Of a stretch of DNA of 64,000 nt, positions 13,873 through 27,060 are shown piece after piece. The translations under genes were made by a program, and so were the position numbers. Location: assembly GCA_977017645.1 (NCBI GenBank), contig OZ360237.1:9114001-9178000 (forward strand), given 5' to 3'. Within the stretch, counting starts at the first letter, position 1. Each line of letters opens with the position of its first letter. The stretch comes from Torpedo marmorata. Taxonomy: Eukaryota. A model generated the notes under the pieces. That model had not been told where the DNA came from, did not search any database, and worked only from the letters and a program-made list of their open reading frames with translations.

Positions 13873-14677
13873 AGGAGTAAAACACGAGAATCTGTAGACA
13901 CCGTGGTTGAAGTAAAAAACACAAATGCTGGAGAAACTCAGCAGGTCAAACAGTGTATTTTATGTAGCAAAGGTAGAAATACATAACCGACGTTTCGGGC
14001 TTGAGCCCTTCATCAAAGTATGAGAAAATGCCGGCAGGCGTCCGAACAAAAGAGTGAGGAGGGAAGGGGGGTGGCAAAGGCAGGAGATGATAGGTGGAGA
14101 AAGGAGGGAGGGGACAGCAGCAAAGAGGGGGAGGAGGGATGGCTGGGTAGGTGGAGAAAAGCAGGAAGGACAGGTGAGGGGGGAGGGGAAGGGAACAACA
14201 AGCAGGTTTAGTGGAAAGCAGAAAAGTCAATGTTAATGCCATCTGGCTGGAGAGTGCTGAGACGGAAAATGAGATGTTGTTCCTCCAATTTGCGGGTAGT
14301 CTGGGTGGGATAGTACATAAGGCCATAGACAGACATGTGAGTGTGGGAGTGTGACTCGGAATTGAAATGGATGGCTACTGGGAGGTCGCTGTTGTTGCGG
14401 ACGGAGAGGAGGTGCTCAGCAAAGCGATCTCCCAATCTATGACCGGTCTCTCCGATGTAGAGAAAGCCACAAAGGGAGCACCGGATGCAGTAAATAAGTT
14501 CTCTGGATGTACAAGTGAAGTGTAGTTTCACTTGGAAGGCCTGTTTGGGGCCCTGGACCGTGGTGAGGGGGGAGGTGTGGGCGCAGGTGTTGCACCTCCT
14601 GCGGGCACAGGGGAAGGTGCCGGGGGTGCGATGGGTGGGGAGGGATGAGTGCACGAGTGAATCGCGGAGAGAGTGGT
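13873..14677 (-). mobile_element. Penelope-like element fragment (GIY-YIG endonuclease plus terminal repeat) nested in CR1
   Basis: ORF 14208-14726(-) has CxxxRCxxC and LIYCIRC...LYIGET..RL.DRFAEH (GIY-YIG). It splits the CR1 codons for KAF|DKVP. CTTT is present at both junctions (13869-13872, 14678-14681). Confidence 0.92.
13982..14022 (-). ncRNA. Minimal type I hammerhead-ribozyme-like motif in Penelope terminus
   Basis: Minus strand reads CAUACU-UUGAUGA-A-GGGC-UCAA-GCCC-GAAA-CGUC-GGUUAUG. This gives a core with U at position 3, a 4-bp stem II, GAAA, palindromic ACGU helix III and a bulged helix I. Confidence 0.65.
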
Positions 14678-16707
14678 CTTTGATAAGGTGCCGTATAAGA
14701 GGCTGCTTAATAAGATGAGAGCTCATGGAATTATAGGAAAGATATTAGATTGGGTGGAACATTGGCTCATAGGCTCCTGCCTCATAGGGTGGGAATAAAG
14801 GAATCCTGTTCTGGTTGGTTGCCATTTACTTGTGGTGTTCCACAAGGGTCGGTGTTAGGGCCGCTTCTTTTTACAATGTATATAGATGATTTAGATTACG
14901 GATTGAATGGTTTTGTGGCTAAGTTTGCGGATGACACCAAGATAGGTGGTGGAGTAGAAAGTGTTGAAGAAATCGAGAGGTTGCAGAGAGACCTGGACAT
15001 CTTAGGAGAGTGGGCAAAGAAATGGCAGATGAGATATAATGTTGAGAAATGCACGGTTGTACATTTTGGAAGAGGAAATAAACAGGCAGATTATTATTTG
15101 GATGGGGAGAAAATTCAAAATTCGGAAGTGCAAAGGGACTTGGGGGTCTTCGTGCAGTATAACCTAAAGGTTAACCACCAGGTTGGATCGGCAGTAAAGA
15201 AAGTGAATGCTCTGTTGGCATTCATTTCAAGAGGAATAATGTATAAGAGTAAAGAGGTGTTGATGAGGCTCTATGGGGCACTGGTGAGACCTCATTTGCA
15301 GTACTCTGTGCAGTTTTGGGCCCCTTATCTTTGAAGGGATGTAATAATGTTGGAGAGAGTACAGAGAAGATTTACCAGGATGATTCCTGGAATACAAGGG
15401 CTAACATATGAGGAACGTTTAGCGGATCTTGGACTGTATTCTTTGGAGTATAGAAGAATGAGAGGGAATCTCATAGAAACATTTCGAATACTGAAAGGAT
15501 TGGACGGAGTAGATGGAAATAAGATGTTTCCCTTGGTGGGTGAATCCAGGACAAGAGGGCATAGTTTTAGAATTAGAGGGTACCCATTTAGAACAGAGAT
15601 GAGGAGGAATTTCTTTAGCCAGAGGGTCGTGGATTTGTGGAATTCATTGCCACATACAGTTGTGGAGGCCCGATCTTTGGGGGATTTTAAGGAGGAGATT
15701 GATAGGTATCTGATTGGTCAGGGTATAAAGGGATATGGGGAGAAGGCCGGAAATTGGAATTAGATGTGAGAACAGTTTAGCTCAGGGTGGAGTTGTGGAA
15801 CAGACTCGATGGGCCAAATGGCCTACTTCTGTTCCTTTATCTTGTGATCAAATGAATATTGATGGAGGTAATTTCTACATTTCAATTGTCCAACAACTTC
15901 CATCTCTCTGAAGCCAAGTTCCAATCCATAAGCATCTCTCTGAATTCCTCTCTTGAATTTGTACAGGTGGATCAAACAAACGTGGAGAATTTGTGAGCAA
16001 TTTTGCAAAATTTCATGACTTTGGAATTTATTCTCTCTGTATTGCAGCTCAATGCTTGTCAATCATTGTGTCCAAATCAGTATAAAAACTGCAATTGTGT
16101 CATGTGTACATGCACCATTTAACTTCATTCATCAAATAGATGTTTATTTTCAAATAGCTTTGGTAGAATTTGCTTTTGTACATGACAGTGTTTTCAGATC
16201 AACTTAAGTGGGTTCAAGAACAGGTTAAAATAATCAATAGGAAAATCTTGCCAGAGGTATTAATTATTGATTTTACTAAATGATGACATGATAAGGGAGG
16301 ATGCAAACTCCTGGTCACACAATGCAAATGTTAAAAAATAAATCTACTGACCCCACAAGAGCTCCAGCAGTTCTTCTACTAAACATGAGACATGTGATTT
16401 TAAAATATGAATTGGAAACTCAGTTAAGTTAAATGTTTTATTATGTTACCCTACTCATTACTAATTGTCACTTTTACCATTCTCTTTGAACTCCTGTGTA
16501 GATGATTTTGGAAAGCCTTATTATTCCCATTAGCTGTCTTGGACACAAGTACTAGATGACTGACAAAGTCAAAGCATATCCACTTGCACAACATATTGTT
16601 CTGGGGTCAAAGGCCAATGGCAGAATAGCTACAATTGAGTCACGCTAGTCATGGCCGCACCTGATCTATTTTACCTCACTTCTCTCACCTTACTGATGAG
16701 ATTTGGA

Positions 16708-17173
16708 CNNNNNNNNNNNNNNNNNNNNNNNNNNNNNNNNNNNNNNNNNNNNNNNNNNNNNNNNNNNNNNNNNNNNNNNNNNNNNNNNNNNNNNNNNNNN
16801 NNNNNNNNNNNNNNNNNNNNNNNNNNNNNNNNNNNNNNNNNNNNCTCTTTCTCGCTCTTTTCTCTCTCNNNNNNNNNNNNNNNNNNNNNNNNNNNNNNNN
16901 NNNNNNNNNNNNNNNNNNNNNNNNNNNNNNNNNNNNNNNNNNNNNNNNNNNNNNNNNNNNNNNNNNNNNNNNNNNNNNNNNNNNNNNNNNNNNNNNNNNN
17001 NNNNNNNNNNNNNNNNNNNNNNNNNNNNNNNNNNNNNNNNNNNNNNNNNNNNNNNNNNNNNNNNNNNNNNNNNNNNNNNNNNNNNNNNNNNNNNNNNNNN
17101 NNNNNNNNNNNNNNNNNNNNNNNNNNNNNNNNNNNNNNNNNNNNNNNNNNNNNNNNNNNNNNNNNNNNNNNNN
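16708..17173. other. Masked/assembly gap (N runs) around a CT-rich simple repeat
   Basis: Two N runs separated by ctctttctcgctcttttctctctc. Confidence 0.95.
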
Positions 17174-19407
17174 CCTATCCAACTACTTGCCTACTTACAT
17201 ATAAAGACAACATCCAGAGCCTGGTAGTACGCTACTTTTTCTTGTGCAGTTAACATGACTAAACACACAATATTTGTGCAGGGCTGGTCTATTGGATCTC
17301 GTGTGATTGGTCGAACTTACATATTCATTGCTTGGAGCTTGCATGATTAGTCTACAAAAACAGAACTATTCTTCAAGGCCCATGTCCAGTGATTTTTAAC
17401 AGATTGATCTGTCTTCAAACCAAAAGCAAAAATTGATTGAATATCCATTTAAATTTCATTGCTTCTTTTTCAATGATGCCAGAAGTTGACCAGTGATGAT
17501 TATTACACAAGGTTACATTGCAGAATTCAATTTACCCATGTGTAGTACATGTGCCAATCCACAGTCGGAAAAATCAGAGAAAAAGTCATGTTCAATCCAT
17601 TTGTTTATGACTATAAATTAAAGTACAGGTAGTGGTTAGAGCCACACACTCTTCATAACTACTGTGATGCTTCAGAAATGTAAATATCATCCATTCAAGC
17701 AAAATCATATTAATTTGATTATATGTGAAAAATGAACAAGTTTTTCTTTTATTTAGCATTTTAAGCAAGTTGGGAATATAAATTCCTCTATGTGCAATTT
17801 TAAAACACATATAATTCTGCTTTCAGCTATTTCAATAAACAAAATAACTCATTTTTAGTAATGGGTTAAATTCTCATTTAAATATTGATCGAAGCAATTA
17901 GTATTCCAAGATGGCAACACAAAAAGAGAATATACAGGAAATAATTTATTTTACTTAATATTCAAAACCTCAAATAATCTAAGATTTGCTGTGAGCAAAT
18001 TCTTAGAATGCATAATTCACAGTTCAATGTGTGAACATTAAGAAACCATGGGTTAATCACAACACCCTTGTAGATTTACTAAACGAAAATTAACATTAAC
18101 TCAAAAGGAACTTTTTGAAGCAATAATTAACTTATCGACGGGGCTTCCTGTAAAATTGTAATAAAATATTTCAATGGTTTTTTTTGTGGATGATTAATAA
18201 AATATTTTACATGACATTCAAAAATTCAAGTATATGACATTAATGGCAGGCTAGCTTCATCAAAATAATTAGCTGATTCAATTTTGCTGGTCACAGTCAA
18301 CTTGAACTTGCCTGTTCAGGATGCAGTGGGACCTAAATTGCAGGCCTTGGGTATCCCGGACATCACTGTCGAAGTCTGAGCATCAGCAGGGCCACTGACA
18401 AAACAGAGTTTGTAGATGTTTCTTAATATCACTAGCATTTGTAAATATTTCAAATCTATCAAAAAGGATTAAAAATAAAAATGATTACAAACTTCAAAAA
18501 ATAAAGGCAACTGAGAAAAGTCCAAAAAGATTTTGTGAATAAAAAGTTACAAAAACATTTTTCCAAAAGTAACGTTCTTTCTTACCTGTCTTCAATGGCC
18601 TTTTCTGATTCATAAGAGATATTTTCTCATTGTAAATGCTGCAGGATCTTAGCATCATGAAGCTCTGCTGATCGATTCCACAGGGAATTCAGAGGCAGAG
18701 CATACCAGAGCCAATTACTGCCAGGTACATTTACACCCCCTACTTTTGACTACAGATGGGGCGAAATCCAGGACTTCCTGGTATTTGCCTCTAAAAATTG
18801 GGTTCTGGAAAGTAACTTGCTACTTCTCAGGCAAGGGAAGAAATCACCTTGATTTTATGCTTGTGTGGATGATTTAAGCTTCAGCATTGGGAACACAATT
18901 TGAATACTGTAATTGGTAAGAGCACAAAAATAAGTAGATTGAAAGAAATGCAGATAAAGTGAGAAGGGAGGAGAATGGGTGTGAAATGGATAGTAAATCA
19001 GCCATGATGAAATCGCAGGGATGACTCATGGCCAAATGGCCTAATTCCACTCCTTTGTCTTATGGTCTTAAATGGACAGACGCATAACGGTTACAGGTTA
19101 CAAGAGGCACAGATTATACATTTTTTGGAAAGGGAGAAACAAATTGTTGTGGAAGCAATTTTTATGTGATTTATGAAAGGAAAGGTAGTAAGGGTCTCTG
19201 CAGTCTGCAGAAAGTCACTGGCACCATTTTTTTCAAATCTGAACTTTGAACTTTGATTTGTGATATTTCCTTCTTTTGGATTATATCCCAGTAAACATTC
19301 CAGCAGGAATGGAGACTGAGAAAATTGAGATGACTGGGTTTTGAAGGTGTGTTGAACCCAGCTTTCATCCTTGGTGTTGAACCATCCCATACAAGCTTGG
19401 TTCTCTC

Positions 19408-19634
19408 TTTAATTTTTTAAATTTAGACATACAGAATGGTAACAGGCTCTTCCGGCCCATGAGCCCGAGCCGCCCAAATACCCCAATTATCCTACAACCC
19501 TCGTACATTTTGAAGGGTGGGAGGAAAACGGAGCACCCGGTGGAAATCCACGCAGACAAGGGGAGAACATGCAAACTCCTTACAGATACCGCCGGATTTG
19601 AATCTGGGTCACTGGTGCTATAATAGCGTTGCAC
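19408..19634 (-). mobile_element. tRNA-derived V-SINE (HE1-like)
   Basis: Reverse complement has the V-domain GGAGTTTGCATGTTCTCCCC...GGGTGCTCCG..TTCCTCCCAC and tail CTGTATGTCTAAATTT. Confidence 0.88.
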
Positions 19635-21304
19635 AGATATTGGGAAATTGATCAATAAAATATCTTACGATACTTATTCCAAAAATTGAAGTTCATAGTA
19701 TAAAAGGAAATGTGGAATACTGAAGATGTCAATTTTTTGTTTGCGCTCTTCCTAGTTCCACACTCATATCGATGAAATTGACATTACTAGCAGCTGCTGT
19801 TTTACGTATTCAACACAAAAGATTTCCCAGATCAATGAAACTTTTGAACAAACAAAAACAATTAATTTAAGTGACCTCTGAAGTTATTTAAGAACTGTGA
19901 TTCTCCCACACCCACCTAAAACTAATGCAGCTTAGAGATCTAGTATGAATATATAATTAAGGTAAATTCCAGAAAATCCCATGGACCAGCCGTGCATACT
20001 ATATGCACGTTCTCGATTAAGGTCATCATGTATTTGGATATAAAATCTCATATTTAATCCACTGTGAATAGATTGATTAGATTAACTATTAATCCCCAGG
20101 CAATAAGTGTGAGCAGAGGACTGATTTTTAATTTAGCAATATCAGATTAAAAGCACATGGTCCACTTACAGAAACTGCTATTACCTCAATAAGCAGGAAA
20201 ATATTTCTATAAAACTCTGCATAATTATAAATGCATTCTAAACAGCTGGATTTTTTTGGAAATGCAATAAATGGTGTTTATTAGATTCAATTTACTTTTT
20301 TGTCCAGAGAATGGAAGAATAAATATGAAAGATCGCCTCATTATACCTACCTACCATAAGAAAATGCTGGAAATACTGAGCAGATCAAGCCACATCTGTG
20401 GTAAGGGATATAGATTTAACATTTCAGGTCAAAATCACTTTGTCAATGAGAAAAAAAGTATTTTCAGCATTTTCTATTTTTATTTTAGATTTCCATTATC
20501 AGCAGGCTTTTGATCTTCATCTATTTGCACTTTGCAGTTTGAAAAAATGTTTGTGATGCTTCAAAACTCTGACTGCCTTATAAGTCAAGTGGCAATAGTT
20601 TAAAGTTAATTCTTAAAAGCTAGCTTCTCGCAAAATACCAGAAAATAATATCTATTCCAGAGCTAATCCTTTTTTCCCCTCTGGCAGAGAGTGAGCTGTC
20701 TGTCATGTGCAGCATTTACAAATAATGTGCATATTCCTGGTGGAAGTATACACATAAGGTGATATGAAAAGGTTGCGGGGTGAATTAATTGATTCTTTAA
20801 AAATATGAACAGTTTTGAAAGAGCAAAACAGAAAGAATGCTTCTGCTTTTGGGGGCAGGCAATCAATATCAAATTTAGGTCATTAATATCAAGCTGTCAC
20901 CAAGGAATCAAATGGCGAATTCAGAAAAAAATTCTTTACCCACAGCAGCAGGTGGTTGAGGTGAATAACATTACTGCATTTAAAGGAAAGGGGGAACAAT
21001 CATAAGTGAGAACCAGGAATAATGCTGATAGATTCAGTTGAGAAAGGATGCTAGGAGGTTTGAGACCATAATCAGTAACATGGAATGGTTCGATACAATG
21101 TGCTGTATATTCAATGTAATCTTATTTTACAGAATTTATACCATCACTGGGAAAACAGGATTTCTGTGATTAGGTTTCAGTGATATCTTTGTGTGTGTGT
21201 TTAATGATATTAATTAACTCTATAGCAATCTTGGTTAACATTGCACTTTCAGTTTAGAAGAATCGTTGCAGAGAGATAACTTGGTTTCATTATTAGATTA
21301 ATGA

Positions 21305-21563
21305 TTTAAATTTTAAAATTTAGACATACAGCACGTTAACAGGCCATTTCGAACCACGAGTCCGTGCCGCCCAACTACACCCAATCAACCTACACCCCGG
21401 TACGTTTCGAACGGTGGGAGGAAACCGGAGCCCCTGGGGAAAACCCACGCAGACACGGGGAGAACATACAAACTCCTTACAGACAGCACGGGATTCGAAT
21501 CCCGGTCCCGATCGCCAGCGCTGTAAAGGCGTTGCGCTAACCGCTACACCAACCGTGCCGCCA
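21305..21563 (-). mobile_element. tRNA-derived V-SINE (HE1-like), near full length, CpG-rich
   Basis: Head GGCGGCACGGTTGGTGTAGCGGTTAGCG...GATTCGAATCC, V-domain and CR1-like tail. Confidence 0.9.
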
Positions 21564-22260
21564 TGATCAAATGATGATCAATTTTCTCAGTTTCTCACAA
21601 CATTAAGCACAGGAATGTTTCCGTTTTTAAAAGTTTTGTGTTCAAAATTATTAGCAAACAGTTCCAAGGGTACACCCCTGTTGTTGCTCATTGTTTGATG
21701 GGTTTGACATTCCTGTTGAGATACTTCTTCTGCATTTAATTAGTGATGCCCCCATAAGCATAGTGGAAATTTGAAATCCCAAATGCAAGTTCTGAGACAG
21801 AAATGCAAGTTCACATCTGCCTTGAAATATGAATTCCAGTGATTGACCCGCATAAGCAGGTATGTGATTACAGTTGCAATATGCACTGGACTTAAAATGC
21901 CACAGTAACCATCTGCACCGTATTCCCAGATTAAAGTCCAGTGATCATGCTGTGTGTGCCACTTTCTCAGTGCAAAAACGAATCATATGTCAGTGACATG
22001 ACATGCGCTACTACCTGGCATCTGTGAAGACATCCACATAAAAACAGGAGGTAGTTTTGACATTGACTGCCATAGAAACAGCAACCCATTTAATATCTCT
22101 TCTGATTAAATGAAAATGAGCTAATGATATGACAATGTTTCTTTTACCTTATCGCACATTAGGAAATGTAGCAGACCCACTTGACTTGGAACTTTTTGCT
22201 TACTTTTTGTAATCTATTCTCTGAACTGCCAATGTTGAGTGGAGGATGATGATGGAGTAG

Positions 22261-23048
22261 TCAAGTCACCTTTATTTGTCGTTCATTACCATATACACAG
22301 TAAGACGAGATAGCGTTTCTCCAGGACCATGGGCAGATGTACATAAATATCATAATACAATAGAAAAAACTATAACTTGCTAATACACATATATATCTAG
22401 GAATTGAGGAGCCTGATGGCTTGGATGAAAAAAACTGTTGCACCGTCTGGACATACGAGCCCGAGTGCTTCGGTACCTCCGTCCAGATGGCAAAGGGGAA
22501 AACAGTTTACCAAAGGGGTGTGAGAAGTCCTTCACAATGTTTTTAGCCTTCCTCATGCATCGTGTGTTATAGATGTCTGTCATGGTGGGGAGAGAGACTC
22601 CAATCATTTTCTCCGCTGCCCTCACTATCCTCTGCAGGGTCTTTCGGTCCGAGGTGGTACAGTTACCAAACCAAGCGGTGATGCAATTGCTCAGAATACT
22701 CTCAATACATCCCCTGTAGAATTTAGTAAGGATAGGGGGTGGGAGATGAACTTTCCTCAGTCTTCGCAGGAAGTAAAGACGCTGCTGGGCTTTCTTGACT
22801 ATGGAACTGGTGTTTAGGGACCAGCTGAGACTCTCTGCCAAGTGCACTCCAAGAAACTTGGTACTCTTTACGACCTCAACGGTAGAGCCGTCCATGGTCA
22901 AAGGAGAATGATCCCCCCGGGCCCTTCTGAAGTCGACAACCAACTCTTTTGTTTTGTTTACGTTCTGCTGCAGGTTGTTGTTTCCGCACCATTCCATTAG
23001 CGACTGCACCTCATCTCTGTATGCTGACTCATCGTTCTTACTGATAAG
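22261..23048 (-). mobile_element. 5'-truncated Rex1/Babar LINE
   Basis: ORF 22380-23009(-): WC..NNL..NVNKTKELVVDFRR...KFLGV...KKAQQRLYFLRRL. Tail ACAAATAAAGGTGACTTGA. Confidence 0.9.
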
Positions 23049-23607
23049 TAGGCGGTGGTTGGGAATAGTCAGTTGAAATCAGGTCACATTCTCATTATAG
23101 AAACAGAAAATGCTGTAGAGTGTCATCAGGACAGCCAAAAAATGGGGAAAGTGTAATGATGTTGATAACCCTTGATTAGAAACTCAACTCTATTACTCTT
23201 TCCACAGATGCAGCTTGTTCTGCTTAGAGTTTCCAGCATATTATAATGTATTTCAGATTTCTAGCATCTGCAATTTCTGATTTTTAAGATTGTCTTTCCT
23301 GGTTGTTATCCAGTGTAGGAGAGTAGGGTTTAGTTGTTACAGTTGTGAATTATTTGCTGGGCCCATACAAAAAGACTGACTGCATACCCAAATGCAATCT
23401 GGGATGATGGGGACAGGATGTGCCTGCAGAATTTTATATCAGTACTGCACAGTGTTCAGGTGAGGCAGAAACTGGAACAGGATGCAAACAAAGGAAAGTG
23501 AAATTACGGATACCTTAAGCAATTTCAGGACTGTGATCTAATGTTGAATTTAACTTTTTCATTTTATGATAACTTCTGAACCCACTGAGTAGATCCTTAG
23601 CTTGTAA

Positions 23608-23726
23608 TCTCTCTCATTCACACTCTCTCTCTCTCTCTCTGTCCCTCAATCTCTGTCTTTCACTCTGTCTCTGTTTCTCTGTCTCCGTCTGTGTGACTGT
23701 CTCTCTCTCTTTCTCTCTCTCTCTCT
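23608..23726. repeat. (CT)n / (CTGT)n microsatellite
   Basis: Direct inspection. Confidence 0.9.
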
Positions 23727-24081
23727 GGAATGTTCTGTATTCTTGGACTCTCTCTTCATTTTTGTGATCATCTAAAATTTACAATGACACATTTTATTCA
23801 ATTGCCCCATTGGAAAATGTAGGACAGTTAGGTCTCAGACCAATACTATTCCTCTGAAATGCCTACTGTTAAATGAGAAGTAATCTTATTCCAGAAAATG
23901 TTTAAAAATCAGTAACAATGAAATAACAATGAGATTTGCCCTTTTTATCTCACACAATTTCTTTTCATTTTAATTTTAAAAATGTGATGGCATCTTTCAG
24001 AGCTACTTGTGCAACAGCAGTAATAGAAAGCTAGAAATACTCAGCAGGTCAGGCAGTAACCATGGAGGGAGCAATGTTTCA

Positions 24082-24898
24082 GATCAGAATCAGAATCAGA
24101 ATTTATTGTCATGAACAAGTCATGAAATTCGGTGTTTTGCGGCAGCATCATAGTGCAATTAACATTCATATTAACCATCTAACGACATTACTATAAAAAA
24201 TTATAAACAATAGTGCACGAAAAGTAAGGCAGTGTCTTTGGTTCATTGATTATTCAGGAATCTGATGGCAGCGGGGAAGAAGCTGTCCTTGTGCCGTTGA
24301 ATGCTCGTCTTTAGGCTCCTGTACCTTTTTGCTGATGGTAGCAGAGTGAAGAGGGCATGACCTGGGTGGTGGGGGTCTTTGAGGATAGAGTAGATGTCCT
24401 CGATGGAGTGAAGTTTGGTGCCTGTGATGTCACAGGCCGAGTTAACAACCCTCTGGAGTTTACTCTTGTCCTGGGAGTTGGCGCCTCCATACCAGGCAGT
24501 GATGCAACCAGCCAGAATGCTCTCCACGGTACACCTGTAGAAGTTTACGAGAGTCTTCGGTGACATACCGAATCTCCGCAGACACCTCACAAAGTATAGC
24601 CGCTGATGAGCCTTCTTTGTGATTGCATCAACATGGAGGCTCCAGGACAGATCCTCGGAGATGTTGACACCCAGGAATTTGAAATTCTTGACCCTCTCCA
24701 CGACTGAGCCCTCGATGAGGACAGGGTCGTGTTCCCCTGACTTCCTCCTGAAGTCCACAATCATCTCCTTGGTTTTGCTGACGTTGAGCTCAAGGTTGTT
24801 GCCATTACACCATTCAACGAGCTGATCTATCTCCCTCCTGTACGCTTCCTCATTGCCGTTTGTGATTCTGCCGATAACTATGGTTACATCGGCAAACT
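24082..24898 (-). mobile_element. 5'-truncated Rex1/Babar LINE
   Basis: ORF 24243-24764(-) MIVDFRRKSGEHDPVLIEG...KFLGV...RLYF. Tail GACAATAAA(TTCTGA)n. Confidence 0.92.
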
Positions 24899-26820
24899 CT
24901 CATCAATTGCTTTGCAACAGCATAGTAAATCTTGGTAGAAATGAACTGCTATTGACTCTAGGCGCTTAAGCAACTTTGTATAGTAAATCATACCATATGT
25001 AAGGAAATATATCAAACCTGATTACACCAATTTATGTTTTCCTCGTGCATATAGATAAGTATTCTCTTGTCTCAATCCTTCATTCTACTATTTTTATTCA
25101 CTTGCTCCATGAAAGCATTGACTCCTTGCTTGTGTGGGATATCAGAGGTTCCAACAAATAGTAGCTATTGAATATTGATCTCAATGGAACTGAATGTTAG
25201 AAGCTGAGTATGTTATGTATTCGCTACATTTTTTGCATATTTTACACATGCAGTGAGAACTGATTTCTACCTCTATATGATCATATGTGTGACTTCAATT
25301 CAACCGAATTTTGGAAGTGAAGTATAATGTTCAGCCTTAACCATATTGCCTGATATTCCAAGCAAGTTATGATGAATTTCTACCCCAGAGTTTCCAGAAG
25401 GGTTCAATAAAAATGGTCAAAGAGCAAAAATCAAGTCAGCCATTAAGTCAACAGCAGAAATTGTCATAGTCCTGCAACCACTATTCTAGCTGAGTTCAAC
25501 AAACCCAAGATGCATCAGATATAAGACCCTAATGTTCTGCTCTGTATAACATAAAATGGACGATACTGCTGTAAACCTATGACCTTTCTTTGATGTCCAA
25601 AAAGTGAAACTTTCAATTTGATTTTACCAAATCACCAAAATGGTGAAAATATTTGATAATGACTGTAAGACTACCTTATATCACACTGAATAGATAGTGA
25701 TAGTTTTGAGGAAATAAAACTTTAGGTTTAACAACTTCTCCCACACCCTATCACTGCCCACTCCAAAATTTTACAGTGTATTTTCCATGAATGTTCATGT
25801 GAAAATACAGCTTTTATAAACCTTAAAATATTGCTATTACTTGTGAGCTATTTGGTGCTCATTGTCTAGATTTCTAGGCTCTATAAGAGAGGTGTCAGCA
25901 GATTTTAATGGTAGCACCGGTGCAGGAATGCACCGTCCAGATTGTCTCCAAAATATTCTACCCAAGAATATTCACAAGGGTTTTCAAGTTCAATAAATTC
26001 AAATTATGTTGAAAATTTCAATAATTTTTTAGATAATTCATCATTATTTCTTTTGGTTTCTCTTTGTATGAAAGAAATTGCCTCATTGTGGTTTTGAGAA
26101 GCTCAGTTCCATGACTTTGGCCACTGTTAGTACAAATCTAACAGTCCATCAATCATCACTATTGCTGCTCTTTCATTAACAGCAATAATTCTCGAACATG
26201 ATTGATGCAGCTGATGCAGCCCTTGGAACATTTAACATTGCCTAGCTTTAACAAACCCTTCATCATCTCAATCTCCTCATCCAATATACAAGCACTATCT
26301 TGTTTATCATAATCTAAAGATGCTTAAAGCATACAGCCAGTAACTTCCTTACACAGTGCCTCAATTTCTGTTACAGAAATCTCCATTAGAGCCTGACCAG
26401 TAATGACTGATGAAGCATGGGAGTTGCATTTATTTGCATTGGTTAAATGATGTATTAACATTTGCCTTTCTTGAAATTCCAGACCAGAAGGTTCATTTTT
26501 CTTTATTGCACCTCTTAAGTGATGGTGCTCCATTCTGTACGCTCTGTTCGTCAATTTCAAGTCAATTTCACAATTTCTAAGATGAACCAACCAATGCATC
26601 TTCTATGTTTTCACTGCAGTAGCAAAATTGTCAGTAAATAAATGAATGCAATGAAATCTCCACGAGTTTAAATAACAACAAAAAATCATTATGAGCAAAA
26701 GTGAGGCTGAGCACAGAGACAAGCAAATTCGGTAAATTCTACAGGAGTATTGTTTAAAAATTGATCTTGAAATATAAAACATCTACATATCCTTGATTGA
26801 TCTTTCTTGTTTTAAATTAA

Positions 26821-27060
26821 GGGTGGCACGGTTAACGTAGCGGTTAGTGCAACACTATTACAATGCCAGCGACCTGGGTTCGAATCTGGCGCTGTCTGTA
26901 AGGAGTTTGTACATTCTCCCCGTGTCTGTGTGAGTTTCCTCTGGGTGCTCCGGATTCCTCCCACCCTTCAAAAACATACCGGGGGTGTAGGTCAATTAGG
27001 TGTAATTGGACGGCACGGGTTCATGGGCTGAAAGGGCCTGTTACCGTGCTGTATGTCTAT
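26821..27060 (+). mobile_element. tRNA-derived V-SINE (HE1-like)
   Basis: Pol III head (tagcggttag; gggttcgaatc), V-domain and tail gggcctgttaccgtgctgtatgtct. Confidence 0.9.

Larger units (their letters stand above)
13222..15849 (+). mobile_element. 5'-truncated CR1 LINE (RT) interrupted by a Penelope insertion
   Basis: ORFs with KSPGPD, NYRPISLTS, DFQKAF|DKVP, GVPQGSVLGP, KFADD and a CR1 3' UTR. In-frame stops are present. Confidence 0.95.

Noticed and set aside
16651-17253. Long ORFs of 165-200 aa
   Set aside because: Artefacts of translating N runs.
26821-26895. tRNA genes at SINE heads
   Set aside because: A/B boxes are followed by the V-domain and LINE-like tail, with no complete cloverleaf. 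These are SINEs.
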